53,280 nt of DNA from a virus. Taxonomy: Duplodnaviria > Caudoviricetes. The notes under the pieces were generated by a model, which was given only the letters and a program-made list of their open reading frames with translations, was not told where the DNA came from and ran no database searches. The DNA is taken from positions 1 through 53,280 of IMG/VR virus record IMGVR_UViG_3300021961_000137, one strand, 5' to 3'. The position numbers and the translations under genes are program-made. How positions within the stretch are numbered: position 1 is the stretch's first letter; each line of letters opens with the position of its first letter. This document shows positions 43,415 to 51,378 of the stretch, one piece after another.

Positions 43415-43815
43415 TATCGTGTTGGTTGTAATGCGAATGATAATTCTTGAGGTAGTGCATCAATTCCAACGATGTAATAATTGATGGTTACATTAAATTC
43501 ATTATTATCGTAATTCGGAAAGACTTTAACATCAATCAATTTCACTCTTGGTTCATAGTTATTAATTACATCTTCAATTTCATCTCTTATAACAGATGAT
43601 GAAATTTCATCGACATTTTCAAACAAAATCCTAGAAATTCTAGATCCAAGATTTTGATTAAAAAATCTTTCTCCGGGGAAAGTAGATACCAAATTTCTAA
43701 CAGAACGAGATATGGCAGTCTCGTTCTTGATAGCAATGATGTCATAACTCAGAGGGTTAATCTGGAGAGACATACTAAGATCTTTAAACTCTTTACTTAC
43801 CCGCTCTAGAGGCAT
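43414..43815 (-). CDS. gp25: Baseplate wedge subunit
   Basis: FKDLS...AISRSVRNLV.T.PGERFF...YEPRV motifs. Confidence 0.93.
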   Translation of the reverse strand: MPLERVSKEFKDLSMSLQINPLSYDIIAIKNETAISRSVRNLVSTFPGERFFNQNLGSRISRILFENVDEISSSVIRDEIEDVINNYEPRVKLIDVKVFPNYDNNEFNVTINYYIVGIDALPQELSFALQPTR

Positions 43816-43841
43816 GAATATTATTAAATCTATCTTATTTA

Positions 43842-44096
43842 TTATGGTTTTTTGACTTCAAAAATTGGTTCAGTACCATATCCCCAGTCATCATAGTCTT
43901 CATCATTCCTTATTTTTTCATGAATTTCGTTTTGATGATAAAAATCATGTTTTTTTGGAGTTTGGTCATCATTCGCAATTTCACGAAGCATTCTTTGCTT
44001 ATGGATTTGTGTTTCCCAACCATATTCACTTGACAAATATTGAGTTCCCCACTCAGATTTCATAAAATTTTCATCTTTATCGACTTGTTTGGTCAT
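43842..44096 (-). CDS. Hypothetical protein
   Basis: 84 aa, preceded by an AGGAG Shine-Dalgarno sequence. Confidence 0.7.
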   Translation of the reverse strand: MTKQVDKDENFMKSEWGTQYLSSEYGWETQIHKQRMLREIANDDQTPKKHDFYHQNEIHEKIRNDEDYDDWGYGTEPIFEVKKP

Positions 44097-44772
44097 TTTG
44101 CGCTCCTGATTCGTTAAAATCAGAACTTTTTACGGGGTTGCTATCCCGAATCTTTGTAATTTCGTACATAAAATCGTCAGATGTCTCAATTTTACGACGA
44201 TTTTCGACTGAATATTCGGTTAAATCAATCTCATATCCTGGATTTTTAGTAATTCTGTTCTTTGTCCATGCATCATCATACCATAATATCTTATTATTAG
44301 GGTATGCATAGAAATTACCACTGTCCATCTTGAAAAAATGGGCACATTTATGCTCCGGAGTTTCACTAAAGTTTGTATTCAGTGTAGATTTTGACTCCCA
44401 TGACCAATCAAGAGTGAACATGTAAGTTCCTTCGTTCTTTTCTCCACGATAATTGATTAATTCGGCACGTAAATTAGCAAGTCTTGACCGAACTTGAACA
44501 TCAATGTAAGGAGAAAAGCAATCCCACCACATACACTCTTCTAATTGTGGAACTGGCGCATCTGGTTTCCAACAAAATGCATGAATTGGTCTACGTGTCC
44601 AGTTTACACCATTCTCTAAAAACGCCTCAAAGAGCGGTACGTGCTTCTCTAAGGACGCCACAGAGTGTACATCGCATAAAGTTACCTCACCATGACCTTT
44701 TTTATGATTATAAAGAAATTCATTACGTATATAACAAGTAATTGTTGGAAGATTATGATTTAGATATGCCAT
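44077..44772 (-). CDS. Hypothetical aromatic-rich protein
   Basis: 231-aa open frame; no family motif recognised with confidence. Confidence 0.7.
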   Translation of the reverse strand: MAYLNHNLPTITCYIRNEFLYNHKKGHGEVTLCDVHSVASLEKHVPLFEAFLENGVNWTRRPIHAFCWKPDAPVPQLEECMWWDCFSPYIDVQVRSRLANLRAELINYRGEKNEGTYMFTLDWSWESKSTLNTNFSETPEHKCAHFFKMDSGNFYAYPNNKILWYDDAWTKNRITKNPGYEIDLTEYSVENRRKIETSDDFMYEITKIRDSNPVKSSDFNESGAQNDQTSR

Positions 44773-44783
44773 AAATTTATAAT

Positions 44784-44808
44784 AAAAAAGCAGGGATTTC
44801 TCCCTGCT
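44784..44808 (-). terminator. Rho-independent terminator
   Basis: Minus strand AGCAGGGA-GAAA-TCCCTGCT followed by a T run, just after the 44818..44958 stop. Confidence 0.85.
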
Positions 44809-44817
44809 CTATCTATA

Positions 44818-44958
44818 TTATTTTCCTTGACCTCTATATTTTTTCTTACGTCCATTACGAGAAGTTGCTGAAAGTAGAGTTCGAGCAGACCGCCCTTGGC
44901 GAGTTTTCTTAGGTGCTCCGGGTTCAAACAATACTTTACTTGATCCGCCTTTAGCCAT
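44818..44958 (-). CDS. Small very basic protein, 46 aa; not in the ORF track
   Basis: Manual translation MAKGGSSKVLFEPGAPKKTRQGRSARTLLSATSRNGRKKKYRGQGK; GGAGG RBS; terminator downstream. Confidence 0.8.
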   Translation of the reverse strand: MAKGGSSKVLFEPGAPKKTRQGRSARTLLSATSRNGRKKKYRGQGK

Positions 44959-45109
44959 AAATTTCCTCCAATTCAATTTCGTTAGGATCTATGTTTTCTC
45001 CCGAATAAAAAAGTTGGGAGAAGTCTTCTAAAATCTCAGCACAATCTTCTGCACTGAGATTTGTATAAATTTTACGACCTTTATATAAAAGATTGTAAGT
45101 TTTTTCCAT
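44951..45109 (-). CDS. Small acidic hypothetical protein, 52 aa; not in the ORF track
   Basis: Manual translation MEKTYNLLYKGRKIYTNLSAEDCAEILEDFSQLFYSGENIDPNEIELEEIYG; TAATG-coupled to the upstream gene. Confidence 0.7.
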   Translation of the reverse strand: MEKTYNLLYKGRKIYTNLSAEDCAEILEDFSQLFYSGENIDPNEIELEEIYG

Positions 45110-45876
45110 TAGATTACGCGAGTTTTTTCATGACCCACTCTAATACGAGGATCGCACCAGATTTTATAACCCTGATCGATTGCATCAAGACAGAATGATA
45201 CATCCTCTCCACACATATCTTGAACTGCACCAGATTCAAAGACTTGCATCTTTGGAGCAAACCAAGGGTATTCGAGATTCTCAAAGACTCCCTTCTTAAT
45301 CAATACCCAACCAAATCCAGTATAATCAACAGTGAACGGTTTACGACGCTTTGAGATGGATTCGACGGTTTCGTGGTTCATCACACCACCGTTCTTGCGG
45401 AAATCATCCTCTTCCAACCAGTGTGCGACAGAAGTTGTGTGTCCATCTTCAGTAGCATACCAACCTGCGACAATTTCACGCTCATCTCCTTCTGCAGGGA
45501 AAGCAACATCACAGAGTTGCCAGAACTTTTCAGAAGTAAAGACAATATCGCTATCAATCCATAACTGATAATCATATTGCAGTTTTCCGTCCCAAGGAAT
45601 TTGCTTCGGACCTCGGAGAACATTTGCTCCAAGAACTTTGCAACGAGCAAAGTTAACCATTGAAGAGTAATCTTGAGAAATCTGAATACTCATATTGTTT
45701 TGTACAAGATCAAAACAAAGTTGTACAAATGCTTTTAGAAAGATAAACGAACATCCTCTACCGGGAAGACAGAAGACAATTGATTTGCCCTTCATGCGTT
45801 CTTTAATAGCATCATAATCCCACTCCGGTTCTTTGGGTTGTGGTGATGCAGCTTTTACAGTAAATCCTTTTGCCAT
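45109..45876 (-). CDS. GT-A fold glycosyltransferase-like protein
   Basis: YDYQLWIDSDIVF (DxD), VDYTGFGWVLIKKGVFE, GEDVSFC and DPRIRVGH motifs. Confidence 0.75.
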   Translation of the reverse strand: MAKGFTVKAASPQPKEPEWDYDAIKERMKGKSIVFCLPGRGCSFIFLKAFVQLCFDLVQNNMSIQISQDYSSMVNFARCKVLGANVLRGPKQIPWDGKLQYDYQLWIDSDIVFTSEKFWQLCDVAFPAEGDEREIVAGWYATEDGHTTSVAHWLEEDDFRKNGGVMNHETVESISKRRKPFTVDYTGFGWVLIKKGVFENLEYPWFAPKMQVFESGAVQDMCGEDVSFCLDAIDQGYKIWCDPRIRVGHEKTRVI

Positions 45877-45945
45877 AAAGTGAAAGTAACCTTCAGATCA
45901 ATTTTATCGTCCTATTTAGCATTTGTCAATGCTAATGAATTTGCG

Positions 45946-46140
45946 TCAATGAGAAGAATTCAATAATAATTCCTTACTCACATAAAGTTCTTCGTAACTT
46001 AAATCATCCCTTGTAATATCTAAATCAAGAAGTTCAACCATTCGGTGAATCATTTCCCAGGTCTCAGAAAATTTACCCTCTGATAAACTGTGATAAATGC
46101 ACCGATCCTTTGCATATATGTGATAAACCTTTTCAGTCAT
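45946..46140 (-). CDS. Hypothetical protein
   Basis: 64-aa ORF co-oriented with its neighbours. Confidence 0.65.
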   Translation of the reverse strand: MTEKVYHIYAKDRCIYHSLSEGKFSETWEMIHRMVELLDLDITRDDLSYEELYVSKELLLNSSH

Positions 46141-46172
46141 AAAAATATTTTCCGGAATTTTTTCAGTTCTTT

Positions 46173-46319
46173 TTAGTTTGTAACCGTATTATATATCAGA
46201 ACAAATAAAAATCCAACAGTAACTCCGAAAATCGTAAAGCATTGTCGTGGATATCTTATTAACCATCCCGCAAAGACAACCTTCCAGAAATTCCAATAGG
46301 GTCTACTTCTTCTTACCAC
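46173..46319 (-). CDS. Small putative membrane protein, 48 aa (GTG start); not in the ORF track
   Basis: Manual translation VVRRSRPYWNFWKVVFAGWLIRYPRQCFTIFGVTVGFLFVLIYNTVTN; hydrophobic C-terminus. Confidence 0.5.
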   Translation of the reverse strand: MVRRSRPYWNFWKVVFAGWLIRYPRQCFTIFGVTVGFLFVLIYNTVTN

Positions 46320-46649
46320 CTTTCTTCACCGTCCTTTTGTCTGGGTGAGAATGTCCACCTTTATGAATCCATTTGACTCCCATCCAATTCTCCTTTGTTT
46401 TAACTGAGTTTATTATAAGTCCTTATTTGGATCTATATGATTTATGTGTGGCACTTTTTGAACTGTCTTTTTACCTCCGGAAAATTTTTATGAGATTGAT
46501 ATATCGTTCGCGTTTTGTCACCTCTGTAGGTTAGGGTAGTTTGGGTTTTTATAAACGGGCAACGCAAAATATAAACAATAACAAACAACATAAAATAACT
46601 GCCTATTCACGACACTGACAAATCACGATTATCACTATAAAGAATTAAA

Positions 46650-46683
46650 GAGGGCACAGTATAAAGAATTAAACAGTGCCCTC
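46650..46683 (-). terminator. Hairpin / probable terminator after 46697..47413
   Basis: GAGGGCAC...GTGCCCTC inverted repeat followed by T-rich sequence on the minus strand. Confidence 0.6.
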
Positions 46684-46696
46684 ACAGTTAGTTACA

Positions 46697-47413
46697 TCAC
46701 CACCCAAACTTATCAGCGCAGATAGGACCAATGCCACGCTCAATCGACTGCGGATCGGTTAGTTCACGACCGCAACATGAGCACTCTCCAGATACCTTAC
46801 CGTAGCGGATTGCAGCGGTGAGAGGATCACTGGAGGCACTCAGAATCACCTCCTTAACATCATCAGAGAGACGCGAATCAAGTGCAGAACGTGTTACTTT
46901 ACCCAGGTATTTGGGTTGCAAACCATAGTTACCTTCCTCCTTTTCAGTCTGAGAGGTAACCCACAGTGCGGTAAGATCACGGTTTGGTTTAACATTAACA
47001 CCCTCGAATCGCAGGGTCAAACGCTTTGCACCCTTACGCTTTGCTGCCTCGAAAGCATTAAACAACGCTTCAAATTGACTGGGTTGAGTATTATCAACCT
47101 TTTGCGGTTGAGTATTATCAACTGCCAACTTGTGCGCCCAAGCGTATTGCTTTTCACTCAAACGATTAAACTTAGCAGCAAGATCTTGAGCGAAACTAGA
47201 ACGCATCCCACGCAGAGTTTGCAACACTTGAGAATCAGAAAGTGTAGAGGTAAAAGTAACAACCTCGCCCTTTACAGTTACAGTAAAGGTTTGGGTGATA
47301 GTTTCCTGCGCTAAATCATACTCAAGCGCAGCAGCAGCGGCAGGGTTCACAGCGTGGAGATCACCCAGCACGCGGGCGAGGAGGGCGTCGGTGCGGTCAG
47401 CAGTGGCAGGCAT
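46697..47413 (-). CDS. Early protein with C-terminal DUF6011-like zinc finger
   Basis: CSCCGRELTDPQSIERGIGPICA C-terminus; minus-strand -10 TAGGAT upstream. Confidence 0.75.
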   Translation of the reverse strand: MPATADRTDALLARVLGDLHAVNPAAAAALEYDLAQETITQTFTVTVKGEVVTFTSTLSDSQVLQTLRGMRSSFAQDLAAKFNRLSEKQYAWAHKLAVDNTQPQKVDNTQPSQFEALFNAFEAAKRKGAKRLTLRFEGVNVKPNRDLTALWVTSQTEKEEGNYGLQPKYLGKVTRSALDSRLSDDVKEVILSASSDPLTAAIRYGKVSGECSCCGRELTDPQSIERGIGPICADKFGW

Positions 47414-47512
47414 GAGTCCGATGGCGGATGCTCCGCCATCCTACAGCAGAATCAGCGGAATCTATGGGATCGACTGATCAGGAATGCTGATCATAAGTTT
47501 TGCGACAAACGC

Positions 47513-47634
47513 TTGACCGGGTACCCGGATGCTGTAGAATACGCACAAGGGCACCCTGCGCGGAAATACTGGTATAAAGAATTGGCAAAAAGATGGGTCC
47601 CTAAGTGTTACTTAAGGACCCTACAGTTCTTTAT
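47513..47634 (+). ncRNA. Candidate small RNA unit 1 (sigma70 promoter, ACCCTGCGCGGAAATA, long stem)
   Basis: TTGACC-16-TAGAAT; motif 47553-47568; stem GGTATAAAGAATTG/CAGTTCTTTATACT encloses hairpin 47595-47621. Confidence 0.55.
47587..47621 (-). terminator. Terminator of 47641..47973
   Basis: Minus strand GGGTCCTTAAG-taaca-CTTAGGGACCC then ATCTTTTT; same hairpin at 48177-48203. Confidence 0.7.
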
Positions 47635-47640
47635 ACTATA

Positions 47641-47973
47641 TCAGACAAGTTTGGCACTACCAGTGAACTTAACATCGCCATCGGTTGTTGATAGAAACCA
47701 CTGGTGATTCTTCTGATAGATTCTTTCATACTTGCCATCCTTATCTTTACCTCTACCATGCTTTTCAAGAATAGCATTCAGTCTGCTTTTTGTGGTGTTT
47801 GTTTGATACCCAGCATCGAACAGTTCCAACCACGTATCAGCAACCATTGCAATCAAATTATCATACAAATAGACGAAAGATACGCCTTCAATGTTGATAA
47901 CTTGTGTGTTATCTTTCTTCCAATCATACTCACCTTGAATCGCAGCATTCATTGCAACTTCGATCTTACGCAT
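47641..47973 (-). CDS. Hypothetical early protein
   Basis: 110 aa with GYQTNTTKSRLNAIL; own TTGACC promoter upstream and terminator downstream. Confidence 0.8.
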   Translation of the reverse strand: MRKIEVAMNAAIQGEYDWKKDNTQVINIEGVSFVYLYDNLIAMVADTWLELFDAGYQTNTTKSRLNAILEKHGRGKDKDGKYERIYQKNHQWFLSTTDGDVKFTGSAKLV

Positions 47974-48095
47974 TGGTGTGATTGAATTCGACTTTTATAG
48001 AATCCCACAGAATCGCGGAAAGGTCAACCCTTTTTTGATTAGTTTCTTTTATGAGACCGATAAGCGATGCAAATGTTTCATTTCACGAAAACCGG

Positions 48096-48219
48096 TTGAC
48101 CGGGTACCCGGATGCTGTAGAATACCCGTAGGGACACCCTGCGCGGAAATACTGGTATAACAAACTGGTGAAAAAAGGGTCCCTAAGTGTTACTTAAGGA
48201 CCCAACAGTTTGTGTTACT
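48096..48219 (+). ncRNA. Candidate small RNA unit 2
   Basis: TTGACC-16-TAGAAT; motif 48136-48151; stem ACAAACTG/CAGTTTGT encloses hairpin 48177-48203. Confidence 0.55.
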
Positions 48220-48506
48220 TAGCGAAAGGCACCAAGTTTCAAAAACTCAGCGGTAATTTGCTTCTCTGCGATACGCTTACCGTTGATCTGGAAAGTATAA
48301 CGCAACTGCCCTTTTACAGTTTTTGAGACTTTACAGGTGAGCGTAATTTCACCATCACGTTCACCAGTAGGATCATACTTTGCGAAATAATGATGACAAA
48401 CTCCAGGAAGACGATAATCAACAACGTCGTTCAGTTTGTTATAGTGTTCCAGAGCAAGTTGCTCAGAAAGTTTAATAGAATCGAAGAGGTCGTTGATGTT
48501 GTTCAT
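48219..48506 (-). CDS. Hypothetical early protein
   Basis: 95 aa; minus-strand TTGACA at about 48555-48560. Confidence 0.75.
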   Translation of the reverse strand: MNNINDLFDSIKLSEQLALEHYNKLNDVVDYRLPGVCHHYFAKYDPTGERDGEITLTCKVSKTVKGQLRYTFQINGKRIAEKQITAEFLKLGAFR

Positions 48507-48606
48507 GGGTGGAATCCCTTTCGACCCTTATAGATTCTCACAGATCCCAGATCCTGTCAAGGGTTTTTTGATCAGAGATGCTTATGTAAAGTCTTGCAAC
48601 AATCCC

Positions 48607-48766
48607 TTTACAGGGTCGCGAGATGCTGTAGAATACCAACAGGCGCACCCTGCGCGGAAATAATACTATAAAGAATTAAACAAGAATCACTAATTGATTC
48701 TTTATACTTAGTTAAATGTAAAGAATTAAATAAGGACTTCGTGAGATTTATAATCACGAAGTCCTT
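48607..48766 (+). ncRNA. Candidate small RNA unit 3
   Basis: TTTACA-16-TAGAAT; motif 48647-48662; stem TATAAAGAATTAA/TTGATTCTTTATA; second 13-bp hairpin at 48732-48766. Confidence 0.5.
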
Positions 48767-48783
48767 TTACGAGTTTGTGTTAC

Positions 48784-48957
48784 TTAGTCGCAGAACCTTT
48801 TTTCATAAGCACGGCGAATCTTATGGAGAACTTTAGAAGATTCTGCAAATTCTTCTTCAGTATAGTTCTCGGGAAACAATGCACTCAATGCTTCATCCAA
48901 CCAATACAATTCGTTCTGGTTGAATGTAATGCTGGTGGTCTTAGTTCGGGTTGCCAT
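48784..48957 (-). CDS. Hypothetical early protein, 57 aa; not in the ORF track
   Basis: Manual translation MATRTKTTSITFNQNELYWLDEALSALFPENYTEEEFAESSKVLHKIRRAYEKRFCD; TTGACT-17-TAACTT promoter upstream. Confidence 0.7.
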   Translation of the reverse strand: MATRTKTTSITFNQNELYWLDEALSALFPENYTEEEFAESSKVLHKIRRAYEKRFCD

Positions 48958-49018
48958 TAGGTTGATTCCCTTTCGACTCCTTAAAGTTACAGCAGATTCC
49001 AGCGCCAGTCAACCACCT

Positions 49019-49042
49019 TGTGCCACTAATCAAACTGTCCAC
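49019..49042. promoter_or_regulatory. Dyad operator-like box TGTGnCA(C/G)T-N-AAnYG(T/G)C(C)AC; also at 46447, 50347 and 53026
   Basis: Four related imperfect palindromes, each upstream of a minus-strand gene or early promoter. Confidence 0.65.
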
Positions 49043-49070
49043 TGAATCAACCACTGCCCTTCAAAACCGC

Positions 49071-49250
49071 TATAATTGTCTTGTACCCACCCTGCTCTGA
49101 AATAACAGTATAACAAACTAAAAAAACGAGTTCTTTATACTTTCTCTTTTTGTTGAAATTTTATTCTCCTGCAGGTATTAGGACTCATTCACGATTCCAT
49201 TCACGAAAAAACAAAAACTATAAAAAAAGAGAGAGGAGTTACCCTCTCTC
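49071..49250 (+). ncRNA. Candidate small RNA unit 4
   Basis: TATAAT 49071-49076; variant motif ACCCTGCTCTGAAATA 49089-49104; AGTATAA/TTATACT stem; hairpin 49229-49250. Confidence 0.45.
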
Positions 49251-49271
49251 AGTATCACTCAGAATCTACAT

Positions 49272-49481
49272 TCACGCAAGTTGCAGTACATTAGCGCGGA
49301 GTGCTTGATTCACGAAACTACCCACAGATTCACCCTCTTCGATGACATTGTTGAGGTCATTTTCCCAGGCATCAGTATCAGAAACCGTGTAGGTGTAGGG
49401 TTTACCATTGAACTCGATTGTCACTTGATTATTCTCAACGTCGCTGATCTTGGTGATAACGGAACTGGTGAAGTTAGGCAT
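49272..49481 (-). CDS. Small protein, KTSC-domain-like pattern
   Basis: SSVITKI...VTIEF..KPYTY...ESVGSFVN pattern. Confidence 0.55.
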   Translation of the reverse strand: MPNFTSSVITKISDVENNQVTIEFNGKPYTYTVSDTDAWENDLNNVIEEGESVGSFVNQALRANVLQLA

Positions 49482-49548
49482 GATGTTGAAAAGAATTAAA
49501 GAGAACAGTTTGAGCAGTTTAGAGTCATACTCAGGACTGTTAATTAAC

Positions 49549-50286
49549 TCAAACTGCTGCTACAGTTTTCTTAGAATAACCGCTAAACTGTTTGTTAGCA
49601 CGACGCTGGCGGATTGCAGCACCCCATGCACTACCCTTAGGTTGAGTTCCATGCACTAACAACGCAAACGGTTTGTTAATGAAACAGTGCGACTCATCGT
49701 GATCTACTTCAAGACCCGCACGGTTTGCATCATCCTCAGTCATAAAGACCTTAGCATAACGAGTAAAGAATCCCTCATCAATTAGGTAGTCAAACTTACC
49801 ACCATAAGATGCAGTAAGGTAGAAGTTATTGGGCAGAATCTTACCCATAAAGAGATCCAAACTCTTCGAATAGCAGTAGAACTTAAGATCAGGATTCAGA
49901 CGTGCTACTTCTAACCAAGCATCCAGATAGTGGTGATTAAAGAAATCACCAGACTCATGAATCCGCACTTTAGAAACTCTTTTAGTACGGTGTGATTGAA
50001 TGCTTTCGTTGATTAAATTCACAAGAGAATCATCACGCATTGCATTCACGACCAACTGAAAATTACGAGCGCGAGAGTAGAATACAGCATCGTATTGCAC
50101 TTCGGAAGATGCTGCGAAACAACGAAACTCTGTATGCTCGCCGTCTTTAATAGTACGCTTGCCGTTTGCATCAACAACTGCAAAAGACTTACAGTATAAT
50201 GCACCAGGGCAAGTCTTACCTGCAGGAAGACTAAAGATCAGCGTATCCTTAGCGATCTTACCGTTGCCGATGGAGAGTTTCAGCAT
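49549..50286 (-). CDS. Phage GP88-family-like protein (Cys cluster, radical-SAM-like pattern)
   Basis: FSLPAGKTCPGALYC...CFA, VRIHESGDFF and W...AR.NPDLKFYCYSKS motifs. Confidence 0.65.
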   Translation of the reverse strand: MLKLSIGNGKIAKDTLIFSLPAGKTCPGALYCKSFAVVDANGKRTIKDGEHTEFRCFAASSEVQYDAVFYSRARNFQLVVNAMRDDSLVNLINESIQSHRTKRVSKVRIHESGDFFNHHYLDAWLEVARLNPDLKFYCYSKSLDLFMGKILPNNFYLTASYGGKFDYLIDEGFFTRYAKVFMTEDDANRAGLEVDHDESHCFINKPFALLVHGTQPKGSAWGAAIRQRRANKQFSGYSKKTVAAV

Positions 50287-50492
50287 GGGAGGAATCCCTG
50301 ACGACTCCCTTAAGTTACAGCAGATTCCACCACCACACCATCACCTTGTGCCACTTCTCAAACCGTCCACCAGACCGCTCCAGATGCCCTCAGATGCCTT
50401 ACAATACTATCAGTTCAAGGGAAGACACCTATGAGTGTTTAATACACAATCTGCAAAGCGTAGAGAACGCAATGACACAAATCTAGACACTT

Positions 50493-50550
50493 ACCCTGCG
50501 CGGAAATAATATACTATAAACAACAAAAAAAGAGTTAGTAATACTAACTC
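50493..50550 (+). repeat. Unit 5 of the ACCCTGCGCGGAAATA family, followed by a hairpin at 50532-50550
   Basis: Exact motif at 50493-50508; nearest plus-strand -10 (TACAAT, 50400-50405) is displaced upstream. Confidence 0.7.
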
Positions 50551-50562
50551 CTTAAGTATAAA

Positions 50563-50889
50563 CTATTGCATCTCCGCCCACTTTTGAATCTTTGCTACAA
50601 CATCTTGTGCAGACTTAATCTTACATTTACGATGCTTTCCTACCAGATAATGCTTAGAAATCTGATCAAGTTTCAGATCATTATGTATTGCAAACTGAGA
50701 ATACCTAGAGTTCTGATAGATTCCATTGCTCCAGGATTCTTTATCATCAAGCGACACATTTACGAACACTGAAGGAATACCTCCCAGAGTCATAATAGAC
50801 ACAGAATACTCTTTAATTGCACTCACATTACTGAGCAATTCTTTAATCTCAGAGAGTGAAGATTCTTGAGCGAGAGTAACAATGTCCAT
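50563..50889 (-). CDS. Hypothetical early protein (start revised to MDIVTLAQ)
   Basis: Promoter TTGACA-17-AATACT overlaps the longer 50922 start, so ATG 50889 is preferred. Confidence 0.7.
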   Translation of the reverse strand: MDIVTLAQESSLSEIKELLSNVSAIKEYSVSIMTLGGIPSVFVNVSLDDKESWSNGIYQNSRYSQFAIHNDLKLDQISKHYLVGKHRKCKIKSAQDVVAKIQKWAEMQ

Positions 50890-50987
50890 GAGATTGTCTC
50901 TTTGACCCTTTAAGTATTGCACCGATCCAGCACCGTGTCAAGGGTTTTATGATCAGCAATCCTTATGTAACGATTCACGAAAAACCC

Positions 50988-51146
50988 TTGACGGATGCTC
51001 TGAGATCTGATAGACTACCTTTGTACCTACCCTGCAATGAAATAATAAAGTATAAACAACTCAAAACGAATTCACTATACTTTCACTTTTTCATGCAAAA
51101 TTAAAGTCCCACAGGTGCTTTGATACCTGCAGGACTTCATTCACGA
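50988..51146 (+). ncRNA. Candidate small RNA unit 6
   Basis: TTGACG-17-TAGACT; variant motif ACCCTGCAATGAAATA 51029-51044; AAAGTATA/TATACTTT and ATGAAA/TTTCAT pairings; hairpin about 51104-51137. Confidence 0.5.
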
Positions 51147-51177
51147 AAAAACAATTCTTATAAACGAACTGACGAAC

Positions 51178-51351
51178 TTACCAACGGTCGGGTGTACTTA
51201 AGTCCTCAACGTAAGCATCACACTTCTCTGCAGGTTCCAATTTGAATAACTTTTCCCAATCAATTTGGTGTGGGTCGAAGTCTGGAAACGCGGAGATGTC
51301 TAGAGTAATCCTATAACGAACCTTCTGTGCTTGTGAATACGCAACTGACAT
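51178..51351 (-). CDS. Hypothetical protein (start revised to MSVAYSQ), 57 aa
   Basis: Near-consensus promoter at 51379-51407 lies inside the longer called ORF. Confidence 0.75.
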   Translation of the reverse strand: MSVAYSQAQKVRYRITLDISAFPDFDPHQIDWEKLFKLEPAEKCDAYVEDLSTPDRW

Positions 51352-51378
51352 AAGTACGCTCCTTTGTGTTATGAGAGT

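Noticed and set aside
44125-44150. preQ1-I riboswitch
   Set aside because: Hairpin plus A-rich tail is similar in outline, but the conserved loop and tail nucleotides do not match.
47354-48160. Plus-strand ORFs 47354..47707 and 47978..48160 sharing GYPDAVE/RVPGCCRI-type sequence
   Set aside because: They read the same repeat in different frames and span promoters and terminators, so the conservation is at the nucleotide level.
47553-51044. CRISPR array reading of the six-copy motif
   Set aside because: Copies are 440-1400 nt apart with whole genes between them; no regular spacers and no cas genes in the window.
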